A DNA stretch of 32,616 bases from Desulfobacterales bacterium (GTDB lineage: Bacteria > Desulfobacterota > Desulfobacteria > Desulfobacterales > JAFDCJ01). The translations under genes were made by a program, and so were the position numbers. Below are positions 17,432 to 27,010 of the stretch, in pieces. The stretch is from NCBI GenBank assembly GCA_050114455.1, contig JASFSK010000001.1:1-32616 (forward strand), read 5' to 3'. Position 1 is the first letter of the stretch. Each line of letters opens with the position of its first letter. Below the pieces are notes generated by a model. The model searched no databases and was not told where the DNA came from. It saw only the letters and a program-made list of their open reading frames with translations.

Positions 17432-18202
17432 ATGAAAACTCAGATTTTTTCAATCAACCATTGCGGCAACAAATATGAGGTTGCAACGAATTTTCGGCAG
17501 CGGGGCAGGGAGATGGTATTCCTGATCCATGGGCTCGGATGCTCCAAAGCGTCTTTTCGAGACATTTGGCAGCGAGATGAATTTAGTGATTATTCCATTC
17601 TGGCCATAGATTTGATAGGTTTTGGTGATTCCGCGAAATCCGAAATATTTTCATACAAAATGGAAGATCACGCTGCTGTTTGTGCTCAAGTTGTCAAACA
17701 GACATCTGCCAGCAGGGTTCACATCGTGGCACATAGCATGGGAGGAGCGATCGGTCTGCTCCTTCCTACTGAACTATTCGACTCGGTAAAATCGTTTGCC
17801 AATCTGGAAGGCAATCTCACCGGTGAACAGTGCGGCTTCGTCAGTCGAAAAACAATCAGTGTGACCTTGGATAGATTTGAGGAGGATGTCCTGCCGGATC
17901 TCAAAAGCCTGTCGAAGACTCTCGGAGAAGGACGTTTTTTTCTCGATTCGATGCTGCCCTTCGGATTTTATAAAAGTGCCGAATCACTCGTCGATTGGTC
18001 TGACAGTGGAGAATTGTTATCGCGTTTTCTAAATTTGCCTTGTAACAAATCTTATTTTTATGGTCAGGAAAATGCCGGCATGGCTGTACTAGATCGACTT
18101 GACGATATCGAAAAGGTGATGATCGACAACAGCGGGCATTTTTTGATGAATGATAACCCAAATGAATTCTACGTCCGCCTTCGAGAGTTCTTAACCTCTT
18201 AG
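17432..18202 (+). CDS. Alpha/beta fold hydrolase
   Basis: LIHGLG, DLIGFGDS, AHSMGG nucleophile elbow, SGHFLM catalytic His. Confidence 0.92.
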   Translation: MKTQIFSINHCGNKYEVATNFRQRGREMVFLIHGLGCSKASFRDIWQRDEFSDYSILAIDLIGFGDSAKSEIFSYKMEDHAAVCAQVVKQTSASRVHIVAHSMGGAIGLLLPTELFDSVKSFANLEGNLTGEQCGFVSRKTISVTLDRFEEDVLPDLKSLSKTLGEGRFFLDSMLPFGFYKSAESLVDWSDSGELLSRFLNLPCNKSYFYGQENAGMAVLDRLDDIEKVMIDNSGHFLMNDNPNEFYVRLREFLTS

Positions 18203-18384
18203 TTGCAAGGTTGGAATTCAATATTGTTCAGAATCCTGAAATATCGATAGAACGCATGGAGACGAAGAGAAATGCTATGACTCGTAAACTAATTTTATAA
18301 AATATTTGGGCAAGGCACGCCCGGCGACACTTTTTTACTTGCTGAAAGCAGCGTAGCGACTTAACTTGACTATAGAACAGATAG

Positions 18385-18528
18385 CTAGTTTCCATCCACA
18401 AATGGTCTTTTTGCCCAATCTCGGCGTCAATCTGCGCGCTTGCTTGTGCGACGTAGTAAACTACGCCTCCGCACAAGCGCTTGATTTCCTTGACCTTGGG
18501 CAAAAATCCTCATTTCTGGATTGGAAAC
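18385..18528. repeat. ~140-bp long-hairpin MITE-like element
   Basis: Nested inverted arms GTTTCCA/TGGAAAC, TTTTTGCCCAA/TTGGGCAAAAA, TGTGCG/CGCACA, CGTAG-TAAA-CTACG; begins at CTAG. Confidence 0.75.
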
Positions 18529-18536
18529 ACCAAAAG

Positions 18537-18577
18537 GTGCCCGTCTCTGGTATAGGACTTTTATGGACGGGCACTAG
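18537..18577. repeat. Short inverted-repeat element ending in CTAG
   Basis: GTGCCCGTC (18537-18545) ... GACGGGCAC (18566-18574) TAG. Confidence 0.55.
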
Positions 18578-18630
18578 CTAAGAAGCTAGTCGGATCCTAT
18601 ACCAGATATATTGAGGCAAACTGATTAGTT

Positions 18631-19239
18631 ATGAAATTAAATCGTCTTGAATTTCTATTGATGAACAATCCTATTCGTGCTTACGCTCAGGAGAAGTATG
18701 AGCTGCCAATGCTGATGAGCATGCTGTCTGCTAACACCTTTAGCTCTGTCCTGGAAATTGGCTGCGGCAACGGCAATGGTACCAAATTAATCCAGAAGCG
18801 CTTTGAACCCAAACACATGACCGCGATTGATATCGATCAAAAAATGATTAAGCGCGCGCGCGATGCTGTTCGTGACCCGCAAATCACCTTCCAGGTGATG
18901 GACGCCTCGCAACTGGGTTTTGCAAATCAATCGTTCGATGCGATCTTTGATTTCGGTATTATCCATCATATTCCGAACTGGCGAGCGTGTATTGCAGAGC
19001 TAAGGAGAGTACTAAAGAAAGGCGGCAAATTAATACTGGAAGAATTTTCGATTGAGACTTTTTCGGGCTTTCCCGGAAGGATTTACCGATCGCTGCTGGC
19101 GCATCCATATGATCAGATGTTTTCAATAGAAGAATTTGTACAATATCTAAAGGATGCAGGATTTAGAATTCATGGTGTTAAAACGGCCAACCCATTTAAA
19201 ATTGCGCGGTATTTCTGGGTAGTGGCAAGTGCTGAGTAA
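18631..19239 (+). CDS. Class I SAM-dependent methyltransferase (UbiE/Methyltransf_11-like)
   Basis: VLEIGCGNG, AIDID, FDAIFDFGIIHH, RVLKKGG. Confidence 0.92.
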   Translation: MKLNRLEFLLMNNPIRAYAQEKYELPMLMSMLSANTFSSVLEIGCGNGNGTKLIQKRFEPKHMTAIDIDQKMIKRARDAVRDPQITFQVMDASQLGFANQSFDAIFDFGIIHHIPNWRACIAELRRVLKKGGKLILEEFSIETFSGFPGRIYRSLLAHPYDQMFSIEEFVQYLKDAGFRIHGVKTANPFKIARYFWVVASAE

Positions 19240-19285
19240 GGCGAGATAAAACCAAGACGGTCAATGTAGGTGGAACTTATTCAAC

Positions 19286-19756
19286 ATGATCCAAATAAAA
19301 CAAGTTGACCCAACCCAATCGGAAGTTGTTGAGCTCATCAATCAGTTGGACGAATACCAGGAATCCATGTATCCGTCTGAAAGCAACCACCTGGATTCTT
19401 TAGATGAGCTGTCCAAAACCAATGTCGATTTTCTGGCTGCTTACAGCGACTCCAAAATTTGTGGGATTGGTGCTGTTAAGATTTTAGAAGATTACGGTGA
19501 AATAAAGCGCCTGTATGTTCCTGAAACATACCGAGGAAGAGGAATTGCTGAGAAGATTGTAAAAGAACTGGAAAATTGTCTGATAGAGAAATCCATTTTT
19601 ACAGCGCGCCTTGAAACCGGAGTCCACCAGCTTGAGGCTATCGGTCTGTACAGAAAGCTCGGATATTCAGAGACCGTACCGTTTGGGGACTACACCGAAG
19701 ACCCCCTAAGCGTATTTATGGCAAAGAAAATTGGAGGAGCCATCATAAAAACCTAA
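19286..19756 (+). CDS. GNAT family N-acetyltransferase
   Basis: GEIKRLYV, YRGRGIA acetyl-CoA motif, LETG, AIGLYRKLGY. Confidence 0.93.
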   Translation: MIQIKQVDPTQSEVVELINQLDEYQESMYPSESNHLDSLDELSKTNVDFLAAYSDSKICGIGAVKILEDYGEIKRLYVPETYRGRGIAEKIVKELENCLIEKSIFTARLETGVHQLEAIGLYRKLGYSETVPFGDYTEDPLSVFMAKKIGGAIIKT

Positions 19757-19841
19757 CGCCATCGGCTGACCTTGCCAAATAAACTGCAGCCAGTTTTTCT
19801 TTTTCCAGGTTTAAGTCAGGGAATTGCATCTGCTGAACATC

Positions 19842-20174
19842 CTACAAAAAATCTTGTCGAATCGGTGTGAATGCATCAATCAGGCGCACATGCTCGGTCA
19901 GTAGCTGAACCGCGTGAGGCACGTTCGGCGGCACCGTGTAAATGTCTCCCGCCGTCAAGCGGGTAGGCTCATTGTCAAGAAAAAAGATAATCTCTCCGGC
20001 GGCCACATAGGAGACCTGTTCGTGAGGATGGCTGTGGGGCGGATCCGGCTCGCTCGTAGGGCCATCCTGAAAATCTATGACCGCCAGCATTAAATTTTCA
20101 GTGTTGGCTAAATAGCGTGTTCGCCCGGGGGCAATCGCTTCCGGCTTCAGATCGGCCTCTTTTACTGTTCCCAT
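19842..20174 (-). CDS. Cupin domain protein, KdgF-like
   Basis: HSHPHEQVSYV and AGDIYTVPPNVPH cupin motifs, C-terminal IDAFTPIRQDFL like KdgF; start re-assigned to ATG 20174 behind AGGAGG (110 aa). Confidence 0.85.
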   Translation of the reverse strand: MGTVKEADLKPEAIAPGRTRYLANTENLMLAVIDFQDGPTSEPDPPHSHPHEQVSYVAAGEIIFFLDNEPTRLTAGDIYTVPPNVPHAVQLLTEHVRLIDAFTPIRQDFL

Positions 20175-20444
20175 TTTCTTCCTCCTGCACGCATATGGTT
20201 GATGAATTTGCCATTCATCCCCAATGGGGCACCTATTCTCATAGTGGACATCTAACACATTTGATCGTTGACAATCAACATTCGTTTAGATATCTGGGAT
20301 CTAATCTATGTTCATTTGATGTTTCTATCAGTAGAGCCGCAGCGAAATCAGGTTCGTAGGTCGTCATTTTAGATTCTTTCAATTTTCAACCAAGGCTGGG
20401 GGTTTTTCACTTAAGCGAACTCTAAAGAAATGGAGGTAACAGAA

Positions 20445-21419
20445 ATGAAAAAACTGGTCGTAGCAATGTTGACAGTGGGCATGATTGCTTTGGGTGTCTC
20501 GGCTCTGGCGGCCGATAAAATGGTAATCAAATCCAGCGACGTTCACGGTGACGGCTATCCGACGGTGGAAGCCATCAAATACATGGGCGAATTGCTGGAC
20601 AAATGGACCAATGGACGCCTGACCATCCAGGTTTACGGCTCGATGCAACTGGGCGGTGAGAAGGAAGCTCTGGAACAGGTTCAGGTCGGCGCATTGGAGA
20701 TGACCCGGGTCAGTGTCGGTGTTGTGGGTCCGATCGTGGATGAATTCAATGCGTTTAACCTACCGTTTGTATTCCGCAGCGCCCAGCATATGTATGATGT
20801 CACCGACGGCGAGATCGGTACCGAACTGCTGAACAAACTCGAGAAAGGCGGACTGATCGGACTTGGCTACATGGATGCCGGTTCGCGGTCTTTTTACAAC
20901 AAGGTTCGCCCGATCCAAAAGCCGGATGACCTCAAGGGACTGAAGATCCGCGTTATGCAAAACCCGATCTTTGTGGAAATGGTCAATTCGATGGGCGGCA
21001 ACGGCACCCCGGTGGCTTTTAACGAGCTCTACACCGCGTTGCAGACCGGTGTTGTGGACGGCGCGGAGAACAATCCACCGACCATCATCGAGCACAAACA
21101 TTACGAGGTCACCAAATATTACAGCTTGACCCAGCATCTGATGGTGCCGGAGATTTTTGTATTTTCCAAAAAGATTTGGGACAAGATGTCACCGATTGAC
21201 CAGCAGTTGATTCGCAAAGCATCCGCCGCTTGCGTTGTCAAGGAACGCGAGCTCTGGGCCGCCAAAGAAGAAAAGGCCTATGCTCAGCTTAAAAAAATCG
21301 GTTACAGCGTCAATGGGAACCTTGACAAAGAGCCCTTCATCAAGGCGACTGAACCGGTTCGCCAAAAGTTCGGCGGCAAGTATTCCGAATTGATCAAGAG
21401 GATTCAAGCAGTTAAGTAG
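20445..21419 (+). CDS. dctP: TRAP transporter substrate-binding protein
   Basis: Signal peptide, QLGGEKE, DLKGLKIRV (carboxylate-binding Arg), ELYTALQTGVVDGAEN; start at ATG 20445 behind GGAGG. Confidence 0.94.
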   Translation: MKKLVVAMLTVGMIALGVSALAADKMVIKSSDVHGDGYPTVEAIKYMGELLDKWTNGRLTIQVYGSMQLGGEKEALEQVQVGALEMTRVSVGVVGPIVDEFNAFNLPFVFRSAQHMYDVTDGEIGTELLNKLEKGGLIGLGYMDAGSRSFYNKVRPIQKPDDLKGLKIRVMQNPIFVEMVNSMGGNGTPVAFNELYTALQTGVVDGAENNPPTIIEHKHYEVTKYYSLTQHLMVPEIFVFSKKIWDKMSPIDQQLIRKASAACVVKERELWAAKEEKAYAQLKKIGYSVNGNLDKEPFIKATEPVRQKFGGKYSELIKRIQAVK

Positions 21420-21555
21420 TATCAATTTTCGTTGTTTGATCATCATAATTTCATATTCGTTTCGCATTTCGATATCCGATCTTCGTTTGATCCAGGGCTT
21501 CACCGTTTTCCCCTGGGTTTGCCACTGGAGCTTGTGCTTAATATTGGAACAAGAT

Positions 21556-21594
21556 AAGGGCCGGTGCCACGCCAAATCCGATGATGCCGGCCCT
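21556..21594 (+). other. Intercistronic stem-loop after dctP (possible mRNA-stabilising hairpin)
   Basis: AAGGGCCGG ... CCGGCCCTT inverted repeat, no clear U-tract. Confidence 0.45.
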
Positions 21595-21620
21595 TGCCCT
21601 TCTCTAACCGGAGAATATCG

Positions 21621-22121
21621 ATGGCCAAAGGCTACACGAGGTTGATGGACGCACTCTATTTTGTCTGTGTGTTCATTGCCGGTGGCGCGCTGGTTATTAT
21701 GAGCGCGATCATCGCCTGGGGTGTGTTTACACGATATGTTTTGGGGTCCGGATCCTTTTGGCCGGAGCCGATATCTATTTTTCTGGCCATCCAACTTACT
21801 TTTTACGGTGCGGCGGCCTGCTATCGAGCCGGAACGCATATTAGTTTGAAAATGTTTGTGGAGTTGCTACCGCCGTCCCTTAAACGGTGGCAGCACCATT
21901 TTGTGGACCTACTCATGGCGGCGATCTGCCTGTTTATGGTGGCCTATGGTGCCAGCCTGGTGAAAACCACATACTTCCAGGCCTATCCGGAGTTTCAATA
22001 TATACGGGTAGGTGTCGCCTATTCGGCCATCCCCATCGCAGGGCTCATTACCTTTTTGTTTTTGATTGAGAAGGTATTTATCAAGCCCGCTTTTCATACT
22101 TCCAAGGAGGATGAGCTTTAA
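21621..22121 (+). CDS. dctQ: TRAP transporter small permease
   Basis: Four hydrophobic segments, VFTRYV, WPEP, HISL motifs; ATG 21621 behind GGAG. Confidence 0.9.
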   Translation: MAKGYTRLMDALYFVCVFIAGGALVIMSAIIAWGVFTRYVLGSGSFWPEPISIFLAIQLTFYGAAACYRAGTHISLKMFVELLPPSLKRWQHHFVDLLMAAICLFMVAYGASLVKTTYFQAYPEFQYIRVGVAYSAIPIAGLITFLFLIEKVFIKPAFHTSKEDEL

Positions 22122-23413
22122 TGGGTGGAACATTTGGACCCTTGCTTTTGATTGGGAGTATGTTACTGCTGGTTGTGTTGGGTGTGCCGATTGCCTATGC
22201 CATCGGGATTGCCTCTCTGATTACCGCCCTTTATGTCGGAATTCCACTGGAAGCCATCCTGCTGAAAGTGTCAGACGGTGTGGACAACTTCTCACTTTTG
22301 GCAATTCCTTTCTTTGTGTTTGCCGGGGCCTTGATGGCCCAGGGCGGCATGGCCTGGCGGCTGGTCAATTTCGCCAATATTTTTGTTGGCTTCATACGGG
22401 GTGGCCTGGCGATGGTCAATATTCTGGCCTCGATGTTTTTTGGTGGAATTTCCGGATCATCGGTTGCCGATGTATCCTCGATCGGTTCCATACTGATTCC
22501 GATGATGAAAAAGGAGGGGTATGACGATGAGTTTTCCGTCAATATCACGATTACGTCTGCGACCCAGGGGATCGTTATCCCTCCCAGCCATAACGCTGTG
22601 ATATATTCCTATGCGGCCGGCGGCGCGGTTTCAATTGCCTCGCTTTTTCTGGCAGGATTCATTCCGGGGGTGATGATCGGGCTGTCGCTCATGGCGCTGT
22701 CATTTATCATGGCGACCAGACGCAACTACCCTAAAGGTAAACTGGTTCCATTGCGAGAAGCGATCAGAACCTCCGGTCAAGCCTTTCTGGGGTTGGTAAC
22801 GGTCATCATCATCGTTGGCGGCGTCATTGGCGGTATTTTCACCGCAACCGAATCCTCGGCGATCGCGGTGGTCTATTCTTTTCTGGTCACCTTGTTCGTC
22901 TACCGGGACTTCAAGCTGCGCCAGCTGCCGGATTTGCTGCACGGGGTGGTCAAGACGGTCTGCATCGTCATGATCCTGATCGGCTTTGCCGCCGGGTTTG
23001 CTTACTTGATGGCCCTGATGCAGGTCCCTGCCAAGGCGACAAAGTTTTTCCTGAGCATCTCGGACAACAAATACGTCATTTTGGCGCTGATCAACGTCAT
23101 GCTGCTGGTCCTGGGGACGATTATGGATATGGCCCCGTTGCTCTTGATCTGCACACCGATCATGTTGCCGGTCGTAAAGTCCTTTGGCGTCGATCCGGTT
23201 CACTTCGGCATTATCATGATGCTGAACCTGTCCATCGGTCTGGTCACACCCCCTGTCGGCTCGACACTCTTTGTCGGCTGTGCGATCGGAGATGTATCGA
23301 TTGAAAGGGTTTCCCGCCGGCTGTGGCCCTTCTGGCTTTCGATGTTTACCATATTAATGCTGGTAACCTATTTTCCGTTTTTTTCGATGTGGATTCCGAC
23401 GGTATTCGGATGA
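22121..23413 (+). CDS. dctM: TRAP transporter large permease
   Basis: LLAIPFF, GGISGSSVAD, IPPS, GIFTATES, DPVHFG, TPPVG motifs; TAATG coupling. Confidence 0.95.
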   Translation: MGGTFGPLLLIGSMLLLVVLGVPIAYAIGIASLITALYVGIPLEAILLKVSDGVDNFSLLAIPFFVFAGALMAQGGMAWRLVNFANIFVGFIRGGLAMVNILASMFFGGISGSSVADVSSIGSILIPMMKKEGYDDEFSVNITITSATQGIVIPPSHNAVIYSYAAGGAVSIASLFLAGFIPGVMIGLSLMALSFIMATRRNYPKGKLVPLREAIRTSGQAFLGLVTVIIIVGGVIGGIFTATESSAIAVVYSFLVTLFVYRDFKLRQLPDLLHGVVKTVCIVMILIGFAAGFAYLMALMQVPAKATKFFLSISDNKYVILALINVMLLVLGTIMDMAPLLLICTPIMLPVVKSFGVDPVHFGIIMMLNLSIGLVTPPVGSTLFVGCAIGDVSIERVSRRLWPFWLSMFTILMLVTYFPFFSMWIPTVFG

Positions 23414-23436
23414 TGTTTAATCCCTACCGCAATCGT

Positions 23437-25341
23437 TCAAGAGTGGATTTCATCGATGACCCAGGCCACATCCAATTCGATTAATTTCGATTTTTTGGGA
23501 ATTCCTTGCTCATCCCAGCCCATCATATCATACAAAAGATCGATGGCTTCATTGAAGGCCTGCTTATCGATCTTGAGCCCGGGTGAATGTTTCTTTTTTA
23601 GCTCTTCGTAAAACCGGTTGGGCAGAATATCGTCTTTTCTGCGCAACCCCTCCCGAATATTGAACGCTTTGGCCAGATTGGTCCTGCGCTCACCGAGTTT
23701 CATGACCTCCCAGGCGCTGTTCTCCCAACCGGTGATCGCATCCATGGTCTCCATAAGCCGTCGCAAGGTGAAGTTGCGGACCGGGAAGAAGGCGAAAACA
23801 CAGAGACAGAGACTGTCCAGGAAGCTGAAGTGATCTTGCAGATAGACAAAATTGCGGATTTTTTCCGGCTCGACCGAGGTCGCCGGCAACCTTTTGTGGA
23901 TTCCCAAACATTTGACCTGATCCATGAATATCTCGGGTGCATACTCGTCGAAATCAGTGTCGTGCTCTACCACGACATGGTCGCCGCCCAACGCGGAGCA
24001 GGCGTAGCCGATACCGACCATCCCCTTGGCCCGCGGATCGTGCATAGCGATTTCCATGCCCTTGGAATGGATGGCAAATTCCTCGGCGCCCGGTCCGATT
24101 TTTTCAGCCGCTCTTTGCACACCTTCGGCCAGAAGATCGCCAAGTTGGCTGCTGCGCAAGGCGATCGCTTCGACTGTTTTCACCATGGCGTCCGCATTGC
24201 CGAAGGATAAATCCAAGCCGTCGGCATCTTCTTTGGATATCAGTCCTTTTTCAAAACATTCCATGCCAAAGGCGATGGTGGCGCCGGTGGATATGGTATC
24301 GAGGGAATACATGTTGCACAATTCGTTGGCCTTGGAGATGGCTACCAGATCGGTGATCCCGCAATTCGATCCCAGGGCGGAAACGGTCTCATACTCCGGT
24401 CCGCCGTAAAGCGGGTCCACCTTGTAGGGCTTCTCGGCAGCCACGACCCTTTTACAGGCCACCGGGCAGGCGTAACACCCTTCGCCCTTGACCAGTATTG
24501 TATTGGTCATGTTTTCACCGGAGAGCTGTTCACCGCCTTCGATGGATCCTGTCTGGAAGTTAAAAGAGGGCAGTTCTTCATGTTCCATCTGGTAATCCAC
24601 ATATTCGGCGCTGCCGAACTTCTGGAGTCCGTCATTAACGGGATTGTCCTTATAAGTACGGGCAAACCAGGAGGCATTGTCCCGAACGCCTTGTTTATCA
24701 TAAAAATCAAGATCCAAAGCCCCGCGGCAAACGATGGCCTTGAGGTTCTTAGACCCCATGACGGCGCCGGATCCGCCCCGACCATTGGCGTGTTTGCATT
24801 CGTTGAGTATGCAGGCGTAGCGGACGAGGTTCTCGCCGGCGGGACCAATCATCACCATTCTCGCTTTAGTCTCGTTCAGCTCGTCCCGGATGGCAGCCTG
24901 GGTGTCGCCGGTTGATTTGCCCCAGAGCAGGGACGCATCCTTGAATTGGACCTCACCGTCCTTGATCCACAGATAGGTGGGATGGTCCGCCCTGCCTTTG
25001 ACCACAATCGCATCGTAGCCGGCCTTTTTGAGTTCGGCTCCAAAAAAACCACCGGCCTGGGAATCCAAAAAAATACCGGTCAGCGGCGATTTGGTGATGA
25101 CAGCATGCCGGGACAAGCCGGGCACCGGTGCACCGGTCAAAATGCTGGCAGCAAAAATAATCACATTGTCCGGACCGAGCGGATCGATACCCGGTTTGGT
25201 CTCTTTCAAAAGATAATAGGCTCCCAGGCATCCACCACCCATGTAGGTCCGATAAAACACCTCATCGGGGGTTTCGATCCGGGTTGTCAGACGACTCAAA
25301 TCAACATGCAGAATTTTTCCATTATATCCATGTGGCATCAT
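23437..25341 (-). CDS. aor: Aldehyde:ferredoxin oxidoreductase family protein (W/Mo-bis-pterin)
   Basis: GYNGKILHVDL, KSPLTG, ELKKAGYD, GRGGSGAVMGSKNLKAI, CYACPVAC [4Fe-4S] ligands, GPEYET, DTIS. Confidence 0.94.
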   Translation of the reverse strand: MMPHGYNGKILHVDLSRLTTRIETPDEVFYRTYMGGGCLGAYYLLKETKPGIDPLGPDNVIIFAASILTGAPVPGLSRHAVITKSPLTGIFLDSQAGGFFGAELKKAGYDAIVVKGRADHPTYLWIKDGEVQFKDASLLWGKSTGDTQAAIRDELNETKARMVMIGPAGENLVRYACILNECKHANGRGGSGAVMGSKNLKAIVCRGALDLDFYDKQGVRDNASWFARTYKDNPVNDGLQKFGSAEYVDYQMEHEELPSFNFQTGSIEGGEQLSGENMTNTILVKGEGCYACPVACKRVVAAEKPYKVDPLYGGPEYETVSALGSNCGITDLVAISKANELCNMYSLDTISTGATIAFGMECFEKGLISKEDADGLDLSFGNADAMVKTVEAIALRSSQLGDLLAEGVQRAAEKIGPGAEEFAIHSKGMEIAMHDPRAKGMVGIGYACSALGGDHVVVEHDTDFDEYAPEIFMDQVKCLGIHKRLPATSVEPEKIRNFVYLQDHFSFLDSLCLCVFAFFPVRNFTLRRLMETMDAITGWENSAWEVMKLGERRTNLAKAFNIREGLRRKDDILPNRFYEELKKKHSPGLKIDKQAFNEAIDLLYDMMGWDEQGIPKKSKLIELDVAWVIDEIHS

Positions 25342-25385
25342 TAGCTCCTCGACATTATTTGATAGATATATGCATTTGGCGGCCT

Positions 25386-25468
25386 AAAAAATCAGCGACG
25401 ACCAGCAGCGGTGGTTCGGGCCTCCTCCAGGGGCCAGCCTCATCCCCCCAGCTGCCGGTCGCCGATTG
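25386..25468 (-). terminator. Large stem-loop followed by U-tract between moaD-like gene and aor
   Basis: Minus strand GGCGACCGGCAGC ... GCUGCUGGUCGUC (13-bp stem with G-U pairs) then GCUGAUUUUUU. Confidence 0.4.
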
Positions 25469-25474
25469 CGGGCA

Positions 25475-25744
25475 TCATCCGCCCCCGGTTGGCAGTAAAA
25501 ACCTCACTTCGTCACCATCATCTAAAATATGGTCGGTGAGACGTCTTGATCGGTTGACAAAACAGACAAATTTTAAGGACCGTCTCCGGACGTCAAATAG
25601 GATTTCGTCAACCCTTTCTCCATGCAGACGACTTATTTCGTGAGCCAAATCCATTATTGAAGATCCTGGAGGCAATGAGACGTCAATTTCCTTGGTTCCG
25701 ATCTCCTGGCCGAGCGCGGCACTCAGTCTGACTTTTACTTTCAT
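25475..25744 (-). CDS. MoaD/ThiS family sulfur-carrier (ubiquitin-like) protein
   Basis: 89 aa, VNR...LDDGDEVRFLLPTGGG with C-terminal GG; adjacent to aor. Confidence 0.9.
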   Translation of the reverse strand: MKVKVRLSAALGQEIGTKEIDVSLPPGSSIMDLAHEISRLHGERVDEILFDVRRRSLKFVCFVNRSRRLTDHILDDGDEVRFLLPTGGG

Positions 25745-26758
25745 TTAAAAATTATATTCATCGATATTGTTGATATCGAATACCGTGGGGGGTCCGGTAA
25801 TAATGATCCGGTTTTTGCCGATGGTTCGTTCGCCAAGCCCCGGGACCTCAAATGTGACGCCTTCCTCGGCCTTGATTTTATCAAGGGCCAACCCCACTGA
25901 CAGGTAGCCGGCGAGGTACCCCTCATCATAAGGGCTCCAGAGTGCGAATTTGGTGACCGTTTTATTTTTGATAAACCGGCGCATCTGGTTGGGTGTCCCA
26001 AGTCCGATGACCTGGGTCTGGGGAGCTCTCTTGGCATTTTCAACCGCTTGGGCGGCGGCGGCGACACCCACCGTGGTCGGCGAAATGATGCCGCGCAGGT
26101 TGGGGTACTTGGTCAGCAAGGCCTCGGTCTCGGTGAGGCTCTTCTGCGGGTCGTCATCACCGTAGACAATGGATACCAGCTTCATGTCCTTGTATTTGGG
26201 GTCGGTTTCCAGCGTCTTTTTCATGCCTTCGATCCAGTAGTTCTGATCGGGCGCATCCGCCGTAGCACTGACAATGGCGATCTCGCCTTTATAATCGATC
26301 ACCGACCCCATCAGTTCTACCTGGCTGGATCCGGTAACTTCAAAATCCATGGGCAGAATGGCCACATGGCGGTAGTCCTCGCTCCCGGGAATATCCGAGT
26401 TGACGATCACAACTTTGATTCCGCGGTCCATGGCCTGCTTGAAGACCCTGTTCAAGGCATCGGGACTGTTGGGCGATATGGCGATGACATCGACCCTGCG
26501 CTGCATTTGGGTTTTTATAAATGGAATCTGCGAGGTCGCCTCTGCTGTGGCGGGGGCGGTGGTAGTAAAAGTAAAGCCCAGCTCTTCGGAGGCTTTTTTA
26601 AAGCCGTTGATAATCGAATCAAAATACGGATTTCCCGTGTTCTTCGGAATGTAAACGATTTTTAAATCTTTGGCTTCCTTGGCCACTGCCAGGGAACCGA
26701 AGCCAAGAAAAACCGCCAATGTCAAGCATAGAAAAATTGCAATGAATCTGGTCTTCAT
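25745..26758 (-). CDS. Sugar ABC transporter substrate-binding protein, rhamnose (RhaS)/LsrB-like
   Basis: Signal peptide, IPKNTGNPYF, APDQNYWI, VYGDDD, ISPTTVG, GLGTPNQM, ALWSP motifs of rhamnose-type SBPs. Confidence 0.9.
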   Translation of the reverse strand: MKTRFIAIFLCLTLAVFLGFGSLAVAKEAKDLKIVYIPKNTGNPYFDSIINGFKKASEELGFTFTTTAPATAEATSQIPFIKTQMQRRVDVIAISPNSPDALNRVFKQAMDRGIKVVIVNSDIPGSEDYRHVAILPMDFEVTGSSQVELMGSVIDYKGEIAIVSATADAPDQNYWIEGMKKTLETDPKYKDMKLVSIVYGDDDPQKSLTETEALLTKYPNLRGIISPTTVGVAAAAQAVENAKRAPQTQVIGLGTPNQMRRFIKNKTVTKFALWSPYDEGYLAGYLSVGLALDKIKAEEGVTFEVPGLGERTIGKNRIIITGPPTVFDINNIDEYNF

Positions 26759-27010
26759 AGTTTCCTCCTTTGAATGAGTAAGTGATTTCCAACAAAACTA
26801 CGATTGTCACCGTCAATCCATTGGTTGCGGGCCTAAGATCCTTTCAGCAATCTTTTTCGATGGGATCCAAGCCGCTCGAATCTTGCAGATCACCCCCTTT
26901 TTCCCTGGTATTTTGACTGAAACGCTGACACCTGTGATCAAGCAAACTCAATGAAATTTACGTCTAAGTTCATCAAGCTACAGGTGAATTAGTATCATTC
27001 CAAACTGATC

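Noticed and set aside
18228-18581. ORFs of 91 and 71 aa
   Set aside because: They span the palindromic MITE-like element; likely spurious.
19750-19800. Second attC site after the GNAT gene
   Set aside because: Only the ACCTAAC half is evident; no convincing L boxes or GTTRRRY partner, so it is not called as a feature.
20268-20296. Sigma70 promoter for dctP
   Set aside because: TTGACA is present but the correctly spaced -10 (TATCTG) is poor; not confident enough to call.
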